A stretch of 64,000 nt of DNA, from NCBI GenBank assembly GCA_905178155.1, contig CAJINV010000015.1:1175495-1239494 (forward strand), written 5' to 3'. The translations under genes and the position numbers were made by a program. Under the pieces are notes generated by a model. That model was given only the letters and a program-made list of their open reading frames with translations, was not told where the DNA came from and ran no database searches. Of the stretch, positions 38,801-50,145 are shown one piece after another. Within the stretch, counting starts at the first letter, position 1. Each line of letters opens with the position of its first letter. The DNA is from Amoebophrya sp. A120. Taxonomy: Eukaryota > Protista > Dinoflagellata.

Positions 38801-41223
38801 CGTGCGTAAATCTGGAGGATGGACAGAAAATACACTAAGTCGTCGCACTTTCGGAAAAAATCCAGGTACTGCGTCCGGACGATCAAAGCAGGGTCGGCGT
38901 TGATGGAAGATGCGCCACTGCTTGAACTCTGTGCCACAAGCAATATTCCCGACGCCTGGTGCCGGTATTTCGGTAACAAGCCCGATTCTTCGAATTCCAA
39001 GTGCACGTCCCAAGCGCGTTTCACGACGTTGAGAAACTCCTTGAAGGGGGGAAGTTGGTCGAATTTCTGTCGGTCTGGCTTGCGGTAGAAAAGGTCTTGG
39101 AGGATGTTGGCTGCTTTGTTCGCTCCTGCACCTAGAGAATTATCTCCTGTCGTATCGCCGTGGTCACCACCACCGTCCAGGTCGAGCTGTTCTTGTTTCT
39201 TCAGATTTTCCGCCCTTAATTTGTCCATTGAAGTCGGCTCAAAGTTGTACCCGGGTAAGTAGTCTCCGTTTATGTCCGCTTCGTTCAGATAACAGGGGTA
39301 TTCGGAGTCCTCTTCTACGTCTTGATGGTTCTTGTTATTGTTTCTCGAGGGGGAAGAAGTGTTGTTGTTGTTGACAGTAGAACTTTGATCTGTTTGATCC
39401 GTGTTTGTGTTCGAAATGTCGCGAGTTGCACCATTCTGCAGCTGAAGGGGAAGTGTTCCACCTGCTGTTCCGTTTTCTAAATTGTTCATCATCATTCCCG
39501 GCTGGTATTGTGGAAATTCGTCCGGGTGCGATATCCCCTCTGCGGTTTCCATCAGATTTCGAAAATGGTTGGTGCGCAGAAACAGATACAACAACTTCCC
39601 CACGTGCGTGTGCCACGCGAGAACATTCTTCGCGAGGTTTTTAGTCGATGGGGCACCATTTTTGTCTTTCTTTGCGATTCTGGAAGATGATGAAGTTACG
39701 CCAGTAATTGAGGAGCCCTGTTGGTCCCCAGCTGCACCTGAAGCGCTGCTTCCTACATTCCGGACCCGATCGCAATCTTGCTGGAACGCCTGGACCAAGG
39801 TGACCGCGTCGAAGCAGGGCAGCTGTTTGTCGTCGGAAACTACGTTGGCGATAGTGAACAGCATGATCGGCAAACACGACTGCGATATCAACTCCTTGCC
39901 GATGGTCAGAATCTGATCCAGAACGTTGCTCGTATTGACAGTCGATGTGTTGATCTTGTTGTAAAACTTTTCCACATGTTCGGAAAAATGCGCTATCGCA
40001 ACGCCAAAATTGTTTTCCTTCCCGTTTTTAAACAACTTCGGGCGCATCAGTAACTGTCGGGAGAATTCGATGTGGTTTTTTATCTCCACCACGTTCTCAT
40101 AATCCGTTTTCGTCGTTTTAATCTCGTTCGCCTTGGGCAACGACTGCAGCCACTGCTTCAAGTACTCTGTCACCATGGTCTATCCCACGAAAAAACTGCT
40201 TCACCGTGATGATTTTGCAAGATCTGCATCACAAGTTTGCTACACATGACAAAGAAAACTTGGCATGCGTGCTTCCTAAGGGAAAACACAGCTAAAAATC
40301 CAATGTCTTGCATGTGTAGCAAGACAAACACATTCGCGTTCCGTTCTATGCATCACAAGTTTACAGTGAAACAGTTTTTTCTTGCGATAGGGTCAACGTG
40401 TCGTTCCGCGCTTCCTCCCCCCCGGACCAGATTTCCTGCAGTAGATTTTTCGTCCTCTTCTCTTGGTTATCAAATGCAAATATCTCTGGGTCTGAAAATT
40501 TGTGATGCTAAAATGTGCAAGAGGAAAACACTTCCTTATGCAGGACAGCATGACAAGTTTGCAGAACGCTTTCCCATACGAACTCCGCGTGAGAAACTGC
40601 GTTTTTGTGTGACACGAGAGGCTTCTACCACTTTTATTGTTGGTCGCGCAATACAAATTTCACAGGAATGCAAGATCAGCATTACAAGTTCCATCTTTCC
40701 AGACCCAGACATATTTGCATTTGGTATTGGTAGTGGTGGAGGAAATGGTAGGCGGAGATCACATCGGTGTCGGTGCCTGATTTCAGCGTCCTTAAATGCG
40801 TCGTTTTGTCCGGCGCGACGGCTTATCAAATGTCAAAATGTCTGGGTCTGGAAGAATGCAAGTTTGTCATGCTTGTCTCGCATGACTCTGGAATCTATCA
40901 TGCATGAGCAGGAAAGCAGCCTCTTACCTGTCATGCAAAAACGCAGTTTGTCATGCGGGAGGCGAAACACATAGGAGCTAAGAAACTTGTCATGCGTGGC
41001 TGCGTAACGCAGTGTGCCCACCATGCACAAACTAGAATTACAAGTTCCCTAACCCAGACATATTTGCAATGCATACGGCTTCAAAGTCCTTCTGGAAAAA
41101 CTTCGCGAACAGCTCCTGAATCAGCTTCCGCTGCTGCTTCTTCTTCTCGTTGGTATCCCGGTACGTCTCCAGGGCGCCCCAGGCCGCGCCGCCGATAACG
41201 ACAGACTCGATGACGCCAGTCAT
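35831..41223 (-). CDS. Gene 5: hypothetical protein (~1,219 aa) with a C-terminal divergent EH (Eps15-homology)-like domain; 7 introners
   Basis: MTGVIESVVIGG start. Seven removals give 3,660 nt in frame, ending ...LKIREPF-stop at 35831. EH-like motifs LLRTGLSKKYTDAVVESI and IDYPAFAAILRLLAHSQ. Confidence 0.85.
35916..36144. mobile_element. Introner, family G (TIR TATGARAGYGCACAACTC)
   Basis: TSD ttctt; frame restored. Confidence 0.9.
37613..37867. mobile_element. Introner, family A
   Basis: TSD ttggt; frame restored. Confidence 0.92.
37956..38218. mobile_element. Introner, family A
   Basis: TSD actcg; frame restored. Confidence 0.92.
38457..38687. mobile_element. Introner, family G
   Basis: TSD ggtgg/agtgg; frame restored. 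Confidence 0.88.
40181..40389. mobile_element. Introner, family D
   Basis: TSD tggtc/gggtc; frame restored. Confidence 0.88.
40468..40726. mobile_element. Introner, family A
   Basis: TSD ttggt; right end is GTA; frame restored. Confidence 0.9.
40824..41075. mobile_element. Introner, family A
   Basis: TSD cggct; frame restored. Confidence 0.92.
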
Positions 41224-43470
41224 GGTTGTGGAGATTGATGATGATGATGAGGGTAGTGGAAACTAGAACTACACAGCACCAGCAGCACTTAAGTACTACT
41301 CAGGTGACGGAAACAAGCGAAGGCGACTCCGGTCGATGTGCAGCTTGGCACGCGATCTACTGTTGTCGGGTCTGTTGAATCAAGGTGCAGAGCCGGACGG
41401 AGAGGACACCGACCACGGCGGAGCAGACGGGTGGTCAGCAGGATTGTGCGCATCATAATGGAAAGAAAATGCAAGCATCTCTTGCGAAAAGAAAAAACTG
41501 ATCGGCAGGGTAGAAATAAATGATCGCTAGAACAACTTCAAATGCTGCGGAGGTGAGGGGGTGAATATTGTTGTACTCGTACCTTTAGACATCGAAAAAA
41601 TCATACACAACTAACTTTACTGTTTTACAAGGAGGGCCTGTGCGTTTTTCCTTGATTACCTTGTCGTGAAGCAAGTTGTGCTATGTCAAAACAAAAAAAT
41701 TGGAAATGACGCATGGTACACCTTCTGCCGCTCGGTTCTTTCTTCGTCTGCACTCGACTCAAACATTCTCAACACAACCCGGTCGGTTAGGATCTTAGAT
41801 TTATTGTAGTTCCGGGTGCAATTCCTGTCAGCACTAGGTGCTAGCTGTGAAGAACAGTAATGTTGATAGTTCTTCAGTATGCCGTGTCAAAAGTGTCCGG
41901 GGAGGGTCGCCGGGCGACCTCCTTCTTTGCTCCTGCATCGCAGCTGCGACACTGATGCTTGTTTTACTCTTCTATACAATGTGAAAAAAAAGGGTTCGTT
42001 TTACTGGAAACTCTTTATCATGTATCCCTTGTGAAAAAAACGCTTCAGCTCTTCACGTGGCTTGGCCAGCACTGCTTTGTATTCATCTTGTAATGAAACT
42101 CTACTGAAATAAGGAGATACATCATATATAAAATCAAAAACAAGTTTGAATTCTGTTGAAATAGAAGAAATGCGTGGTGTAAATAGAAACTACCCTAATC
42201 TGGTAACATCTTCGTTCTTTATTCTTCAGCCTGAAACTGCGCAACTTCCTTTTTAAACTACTTACACGCATCGGCGGCGGAGTGGCGTGAGTGAAATACA
42301 GCAACTTTGTGCCGTTGTTCGAAGCAAGAGCATTTTATTTTCTTCATCATAATGAAAAAACCCTATAAAACGCCAGACGTCGAGCAATGCCTCTCTTCCT
42401 TGCCGTAAGAAACCTGAGAGGAAAATTGAGTCAGGTGAACGTCTAGGTATTGATGCCAATGGCAAAGACGATAGAAAAGATATAGGAAAGGTAAAATATT
42501 GAATCGAAACCATGAGCGCGGTTGCACTTTGACAACTCGAGGATTTTTCGTTGCTGGTAAACTGGAAAAAAAACTCAATAAGAAAAAAGACACCTACGGA
42601 AGAAACCAAAAAAAGAAGAATACGGATCTGACACAGACTTTTCAAGAAGTTTTCGCCCCAACAAAAGGGAATTGAAAAACAAAATAAAGAAGAAAAATGT
42701 ACTATAATGCTGCAGCGTTTGCTTCGTCGCAGTATTCTGCTAAAAATCCGTAGCGCCATTTCTGTTTTTCGCTGCCTGTAAGGGCTTGACTCAGCTGGTC
42801 TCGTTGGACCATGCAAAGATGTCTGTGCCTGGAATTCCGATTAAATGTCAGCGAAACAAATATCTTTTCTTTTCTCGATAATCTGCAGCTTACTTGACCC
42901 TTTTTCATGCTGTAAAACGAAAATCAAATATCAGATTAATATCAAACGAAATCTATCTTGTTTGTTTGTTAGTGATGGAATCGTGGTTTCCGTGTGAAGG
43001 ATTTACCTTCTTCTCACGATGCTAGTGTTAGTTCTATCTTGCGCCCGTTGCATTGTAAATTCTCGAGCAAACGAAAAACAAACCGTGGATCAAATAGTAA
43101 ATATAGTGCGTGACATCAACATCAACGTGATTGAAACTACCTACATCATATCTGAAACGTCATAAGGTCATATCCTTGTAAGTGTACGCTTACGCACGGC
43201 CGAATCTGGCGACGTAGCTCTTAGGCGTAGAAGGTTGCTTTCTTTCTTTCTTTCATTGCCTGGGCAGGGCGTCAAAGGTTCAAGGCCCAAAAAAAAAACC
43301 ATCTTTCATCACATGCTCTTTTTCATCGCCTCCAGCAATAGTAACGATCTAAATATGAATAAATTTCTACCGTAAAAAGCAAGTGCTTCGGTGTCATTAC
43401 CACTAGGAAGTCAGAAGATCGCCTGGTGAGCGTCGACTTCAGGAAACCCACGTCATCTTCAAATCCATCG

Positions 43471-46400
43471 CTACGCCGCAACCGTGCCAACGGCACAATT
43501 CGCAGAAGCCGCCAGTGCCTGTTTCTGCTCCACGCCGGATTTTCCCACGAGCGAAATCTGCTGACTCAGTTGCTCGTTCTGCCACCTGAGTTCCTCATTC
43601 TGCTTCCACAAGGAAGCGATTTTCTTTTCGGACTTCTTCTGCGACGTCGCCATGCGAATGAGCTCCTTGTCCTGCTCGTTCTTCGTGTTGTCGGTCTGGG
43701 GCACGAGCTGTTCCTTGTAAAATTTGTTGGTCTGCAGCAGTTCCTTGTTTTCCTTCTCTAATTGCGAGTTCCGCGTGAAGAGCTTTTCCAAAGTGGCAGA
43801 CGTAGTACTGCAAGAAGTAGTAGAAATGCCGTGTAGTAGTTGTTCCTCTCCTTCCTGAGGTAGGACTACTTCATCAGTTGGCGAAGATGCATCAACCGCC
43901 TTGTTGGAAGGAGTCGGCTCGGTGAGATTATCGTCATCCTCTCCAACCCCCAACTCCGCCAATTCCTCCGCAGAAAGCAGCGTATGGATTGCAAATATGT
44001 CTGGGCCTGGAAGAGTCTGGGATTGTCATGCACATTTTGCGTGACCAGTGAGGTCTGTGATGCTGGTGCTAGCATCACAGATTTTTTGAGAGCTTCTTGA
44101 TGCTAATTACGCATCAGAAATGCCCTCTTCGCGTGCCAAGAACTGACTCCTCTTGCTGCTCATGCAACACAGATATTTTTAGAATCCGCAGACAGCATTA
44201 CAATTTGCACTCTTCCAGACCCAGACATTTTTGCATTTGATACAGCGAAATTTTCGCCATTTCGCCGTCGTGGGTGACACTCACCACTGCGGTTTTCTGT
44301 TTATATCCTGTGCAAAAGTATCGTACTCGTAGTAATCGCAGTCATGCATTACAAATCTCGATCCCAAGGCAAAACAGCATGACAAACTCCATTTCTCACG
44401 CTGAGTGAATTTGTCATTCGATTTCTACTAGTACGATACGTTTGCAATGCATAGTTTAGAAGAAGAAGCAACTGCAACTGTTTGTTGTCTCTTGCTAGAA
44501 CTTCTATCCGCGTCGTCGCAGGACCCGGCCGAAGAACTTGTTTCAACACAGCTTTTGCTCGTCGTGGCGCTGGTGCTGTATTTCACCAGGTCAAGGAAGT
44601 TTTTGTTCTCTAATTCAATCGCGGTCGGAGCACCACTTGCACTGGAGGTTCTATTGCTCAACAAAGAAGATGGTGGTCCAACTCCACTACCTCCGAGCAC
44701 TGCCCGGGGCTCCTTTCTGTTTGCGACATCCGCTGCCAACTTCTTCCCAGCGAGGGTTGCAATGTGGCAGTTGGCGAGCAAACAGGGGGAGGAAGATTCA
44801 TCTTGCCGCGATGTGGATATTAATGTTGATACAGCACTAGTTGTACAACCGGGTTGCACAGTGCCGGTCGAAGAACTACTACTCGAGGGATAATTCTTTT
44901 TCCCACCTCTCTTCAAAATTGCCAGTTTGCTGTCTGGTTTAGAGGTAGTGTTTATCAACTGCAAATATGTCTGGGTCTGGGGGATTGTGAAGTTATTTGT
45001 AATGCTCTGCTAACAGGAGAGAAAGATCTGTCATGCATGTTGCGCTAACAAGCTATTTTTTTGTGATGCAAAAACGCAGTTTGTCATGCAGTTTACGCAA
45101 GACCAAGTCGCTCAGAAACTTGTCATGCGCGTTCCCATATTGTAGGTTGCTGATGATTCGCAAACTAGCATCAGAAATTTCCAGACCCAGACATATTTGC
45201 AATGCATACTGTTTTCCTCGGCGCAACTCGTCGTACTCGAGTAGCAATCGTTCTCGGAGTTTGTCTTGCTGGAAGTAGAGGAACTGGCCACGTTCAATTT
45301 GCTGTTTTTTGCCGTCGAAGCCGCTGTTGTGGTTGTTTTAGAAGATTCTTGACTCAGCAAATACACACTTCCCGAGTGGTTTGTTCTGGTAGAAGTGGTT
45401 TTTGGTGTTGCGCTAGAAGTGGAACTGGAATTTTTCTTGTTGTTCCCCTTTGAAGATGACGACGAGCTTTCTTCCTCGCTCAGCTTCGGCGCTTTAATAC
45501 TTGTTTCGACACCGGAAGTAGACGCACCTACTAATCCCGCTCCACTTGAACCTCGTTCACTTTTCGCCGTCATGTTTTGTATCAAAGTGAAAAATCCCCC
45601 CTCCCCATATCGAGACAAAGTCTCTGATGCTGGATCTCCGTACACAAATGCGCGCTGTCTTGCATCAAGGCATCGCAGCCAGATCCTCAGCCTAGGTAGG
45701 TGCGTTTGGCGGGTTTAGTTGTTTAGCATTGCAAACTGCTGTCCCCTGGGCCTAACAGCATGCCAAATCGCTTCCATAATGGCGTGGAAGTCTCTGCACT
45801 TGTCTTCTTGCAAGACAGACGTGATTTGTGGTCTCAAATCAGCAACACAAATTTTTGAAAACATGCCTTTTCGACGATATGGGGAGGGGGGATTTTTCCT
45901 TGTAATATTTTGCTGGATGTCCTTCAGCGCCTTCCGCAGTTTCTTATCAACTGTAAAAATGTCTGGGTCTGGAAGAATGCATGTTTGTCATGCTTGTCTG
46001 GCATGACTCTTAAATCTGTCATGCACGTTACCCAAGAGCCCCGTTTTTCTGTCATGCAGAAACGCAGTTTGTCATGCAGAATAGGCAACACGTAGAAGCT
46101 CAGAAACTTGTCATGCTGAGCCAGCACTTATGACCTCCTCATGATACGTCACGCAGCATCACAGGTTTCCAGACCCAGACATATTTGCAATGCATATTTC
46201 TCTTTCAAGGTCAAATTGTCCTTCTGCAGCTTGTATGAACTGCAAAACTTGTAATATCGCACTCGTAGTAATTGCAGTCATGCATCACAAGTCTTTTTCT
46301 TAGGGTAAATCCGCATTGCAAATTTTATTTCTCATCATGCTGAGGAAATTTGTAATGCATTCATACGAGTAGGATAGATACTTTTGCAATTCATAGCTTG

Positions 46401-46702
46401 TCCCGCTCGGATTTCTGCGTGGTCAGCATGTCCTCCAGCCTCTCCTCCTTCCTCGCCCACGCGCGCTTCTCCGAGTTTGCTTCCTCCAACTTTTTGTCCA
46501 TGAAGTTTTTCACGAGCAGCCGGAGCTCCATCAGCGCAACGGCCTCGTCTTTGACTTCTTGCTTCTTCATCACGTCACTCTCGATCAAGCTAGACATGTC
46601 GGCAATCAGTGCGCGGCAGGAATGGTACGGAAAAGTTGTGCTGTTGGGGGTGGCGTTTTTTCGGGAAAGAAAGTTATGTAAACTCAAGCTGTATAGCTTC
46701 AT
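43471..46702 (-). CDS. Gene 6: coiled-coil / Ser-Thr-rich hypothetical protein (~560-600 aa; true start uncertain); 6 introners
   Basis: Six removals join ORFs 46391, 45112, 44428 and 43471 plus micro-exons (RDK|LQKDNLTLKEK|LRKALKDIQ|NMTAK) in frame; 1,794 nt. Confidence 0.8.
43983..44242. mobile_element. Introner, family A
   Basis: TSD cagcg; frame restored. Confidence 0.92.
44304..44453. mobile_element. Introner, family F (TIR core AAAAGTATCGTACTCGTA), 150 bp
   Basis: TSD gttta; frame restored. Confidence 0.9.
44953..45208. mobile_element. Introner, family A
   Basis: TSD gtgtt/ctgtt; frame restored. Confidence 0.9.
45580..45907. mobile_element. Introner, family C
   Basis: TSD ttttg; frame restored. 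Confidence 0.92.
45945..46196. mobile_element. Introner, family A
   Basis: TSD tttct; frame restored. Confidence 0.92.
46234..46395. mobile_element. Introner, family F
   Basis: TSD gcttg; frame restored. Confidence 0.88.
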
Positions 46703-47310
46703 GCTACAAAACTTGCTGATAAATTCAGTAAGTATGATGGCCCCTAGTGCAACTACTGTGTCTCAGGTGCCTGCAGCTTCCGATATAAGTTTTCACTATG
46801 ATAAACGTAAACGTCGCGGAAGTAGGGATAATACTTTAGCCTGTCCGGAAAAAGAAATGTGAGAACCAAGCTCGCGCTAAGTGGAAGAAAATGAAAATGC
46901 GTGGCAAATACAATAAGAAATCGAAACTCATACAAGCGTAAGAGTGAAACTTGTCTCTGTAGGTACAACAAACAGCTGCCTGTCCTGTGTGTTTTGGTTT
47001 TGGATGAGAATGTTGAAAATGAATTGCAATTTCTTTCGTTCTCTTTTATGGCTTTCAGAATCGAGAAAGCCACTTGAAGCGCAACACGAGCGGACGAAGA
47101 TAGGGCCGCTATAGGTTTGTCAGAACCGACGAAATTTCCAAACACAAGTTCTTGCAGATCATACTTCAGAAACAAGCTTTACCTACTAGTTGTTTATCAC
47201 AAGAAAATACGGAAGCAAGCAGAAGACACAGAAGCACTAACCCGGAAGATGGACAACCACACAAGAGTACTACTACACGACACGGCGCCAAGATAATAAT
47301 TTCGTTGCCA

Positions 47311-48701
47311 TCAGCCGATGTAGTTGAAACTGAAAGAAACGAAGAAGTTTTGCAAACCACAAACGCCACCCAACAGCACAACAATCGAAGAAAATCTCTT
47401 TTCCAACGCATACCACACGTCTTTGGGGTTGAGAGACGACGACACTGCGTTCGACGAAGACGAACTGCTTTTTGACGTAGTTCCGCCGGCGCTAAGTTGT
47501 AGCACGCCTGGAGATGTTGATCCCGCCGCCACCGCTCGGGCCGACGCGAACAGCGCGGCCGAATGGGAAGAAGTACTAGAGGCAAAAGTACCGCTGCCGT
47601 TCTTGCTACCACCGGCAGTAAGAGCCAGTAGGCTATTTTCGCCCGAACTTGTTCCGGACGAAATCGTAGCACCACTGTAGGGGAATGGAAGGGAAATTGG
47701 TCTTTGTCAACTTGCGTAGAGTCGTGTTTCAATCATCTTCCTTGAGTTCTGTAAGTAGAAGCCTAGGATGAAAATTTAAGTACGATTCCATGCAAGTTGT
47801 GACAACTTCTTGGGTGTTGAATACATGAGGTACAGCCGGGTGGAGGTAGACAGAATCACTTTCGTTGTAATAGGCTGCATTGGGAGACGTAGTAGCCTTT
47901 TTCATCGTAGGTGGACGCAGCAAAATCCTTGCTTTGTTGACCTGCTAGCATCTGGCTCCACAACATGCATACAAATAATCGCTGTGCCTGGTGGGGCACT
48001 TGATGTTCAAATTCATCATCCTGCGAGCATTATCCGCCAAGATGCTCTTGGGTTCTGTCACAGGTTTTTTCTTCTGTGGCCTACGGTCAACATCCACAAC
48101 TAACTTCTAATGTTTTTCTAGCTGTACATTCAAAGATCGTGCGCATAAGAGAACGAGTATGCATCTCACGATCCTGGATGTGATGGCTATAATTAAAAGT
48201 ACAGCATTCACTATCAAGTTAGAAGTTGTGTGCAAGGCATCTCGTCGTTGGATTCTGGTTGTTCGCCTACCTCCTGTCGCCGCGCTTGTGCGCGTGAAAA
48301 TTATAGTTATTTGGTGGTGCGTTCAATAATTAAGCGGGAGGTGCTCAAGCTCAACATACAAGTGAAGTATCAAATATCAACATCAACCCGCATAGTTCTC
48401 TGTGAAGAAATTCTGCAAATCTTCTTGCCCCTCAATTCATTTCTATATAGAGAGACTCAAAGACTTCGAATTGACAAAGCTCTAGATGTAGTGCTAGCTA
48501 CGCTCCGTGTTCGCGGCATAAATTTTCGTTCAGAAACGTCACTAATTTCGACGCGGTGGCTTTGTCGGCAGATTTGCTGCTTCCGCTGGCGCTCGAGCTG
48601 CTGGCAGCACACAACTGCAGCAATTTTTTCACTTCCTGCTCCTTTTTGCTCAGCTTCTTCGTCAGGTCCGCAATCTCGTCCCGTAGCCGCTCCTTTTCCA
48701 T
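47311..48701 (-). CDS. Possible coding fragments (coiled-coil MEKERLRDEIADL..., Ser/Gly-rich SGATISSGTSSG...); perhaps exons joined by conventional introns, or a decayed gene
   Basis: Protein-like minus-strand segments at 48498-48701, ~47950-48100, 47729-47923 and 47311-47680. No TIR elements here, and I could not resolve a single model. Confidence 0.3.
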
Positions 48702-50145
48702 CGAGTATGCAGAAGGATTAGAAGTGAGGGAATGATAGAGCAGGAAGTTCGTCTATTGTTGTTCACGGTGGCAGTTCGAGTTTTTGTGTGGCTCTCGCTA
48801 AGTTACAGAGTGCGTTTGTACTTAAAAGTGGAGAAAAATAGAGTGGGTAGTTGGCTCGAATTGTAATTTGCGAGCTTACGGTTACTTAGAAATAGGATCA
48901 AAGTATCGACATTAAAGTAGTAGTCATTTTATACATAGTTAGAGGCGGGCAAGAATATAGCTTTCGTGATTTTCTAGGGGACTACTAGACTACAACTTTC
49001 TAGTACTATTTCGCTTCTTTACAACTTCCATTCAGTGCCCTAGATTCTTGTTATTGTACGGGGAAGTTAAGTAGTAGTACAGCAGAAAACTAAAATTAGT
49101 TTTCACGCTTCTGTCGCTTCTAAAAAAAATGTAGTTTCTTATCTCCGAAGTCGCGGCCCTATCTCCATTTGCAGGAAGTGGCAAGATCATCACAAACGCG
49201 ACAAATGCCAAAGATGGTACTTGCACACCTTGCAGCTCACAAAGCAGCCTGTACATAATACGGTGCACCGCATCACGCACAAGAAAGCCAAAGCTACTTC
49301 TACTAGCGTGACAAATTTAATACAGAGGCAGAGGTGGGCCTTTCGTTTATTTCCATCGGCAGATGACTACAAGGTCTTGGGGTAAAAATATATTTGACTT
49401 CTTGGAAAATATATTTTACCCTCTTCTTTCTTACTCTTGAAAGTACTTTATTTCGTTCCGATCGCTGTCGCCGGGCGGGGGCGACCTCGATCAGGATCAG
49501 GACCACGAATATACTACTGTTGCGAGAGGTTGTCCTATTCCAACTGCGGGCACGCAGCAGCATCTTTTACAGTGCCCCTCAAGGTCGCTCTTAATGTTAA
49601 TCCTGGGGGAAAAATAATTTTATCAACCACAAAGACCAAAATCGTAACAAGACATATCAACATAGGCAGCGCCATGGACCAGCGAGGACTGGCCATTGCT
49701 GCGGTAGACAACCAAATTTATTCGAAGTATTTATTTCCTACACAGCTACTAGCTTTTGAGTGTAAGATACCCAAGCCGCCGAAAGGTGGCGCAAGTAGAA
49801 CCTACCCACAAATTGAGCTGCAAAGAACCAATAGAAAAGTCCGTGTATTAGATGGGGACAATTTATTTTACAGTAGCGGTAGCACAAGTACATATCGTCC
49901 TGGTACAACTAGAACTACAGGGTAAGTACAACTTATGTGCTCGGGCAGCCAGCGACTTGATGTTGTTACCCGGATCCTGCAGTCAGAATCCAGGTCACGG
50001 TCGCGTAGTTCTCCCGTGCTATATTCATAACTTGCTAAAGAGGGCGGGTCAATAGAGATACTGATCTTCATTCAAAGAACCAGCAGGGCCAGTGCTGGTT
50101 CTTTCCGAAGATCTTCAAATCACGAGTACATCATATTGATTCACT

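Noticed and set aside
267-46395. TA-dinucleotide TSD (Tc1/mariner- or Paramecium-IES-like excision leaving TA)
   Set aside because: The terminal TA belongs to the TIR; a separate variable 5-bp duplication lies outside it, and frames close with element + 5 nt.
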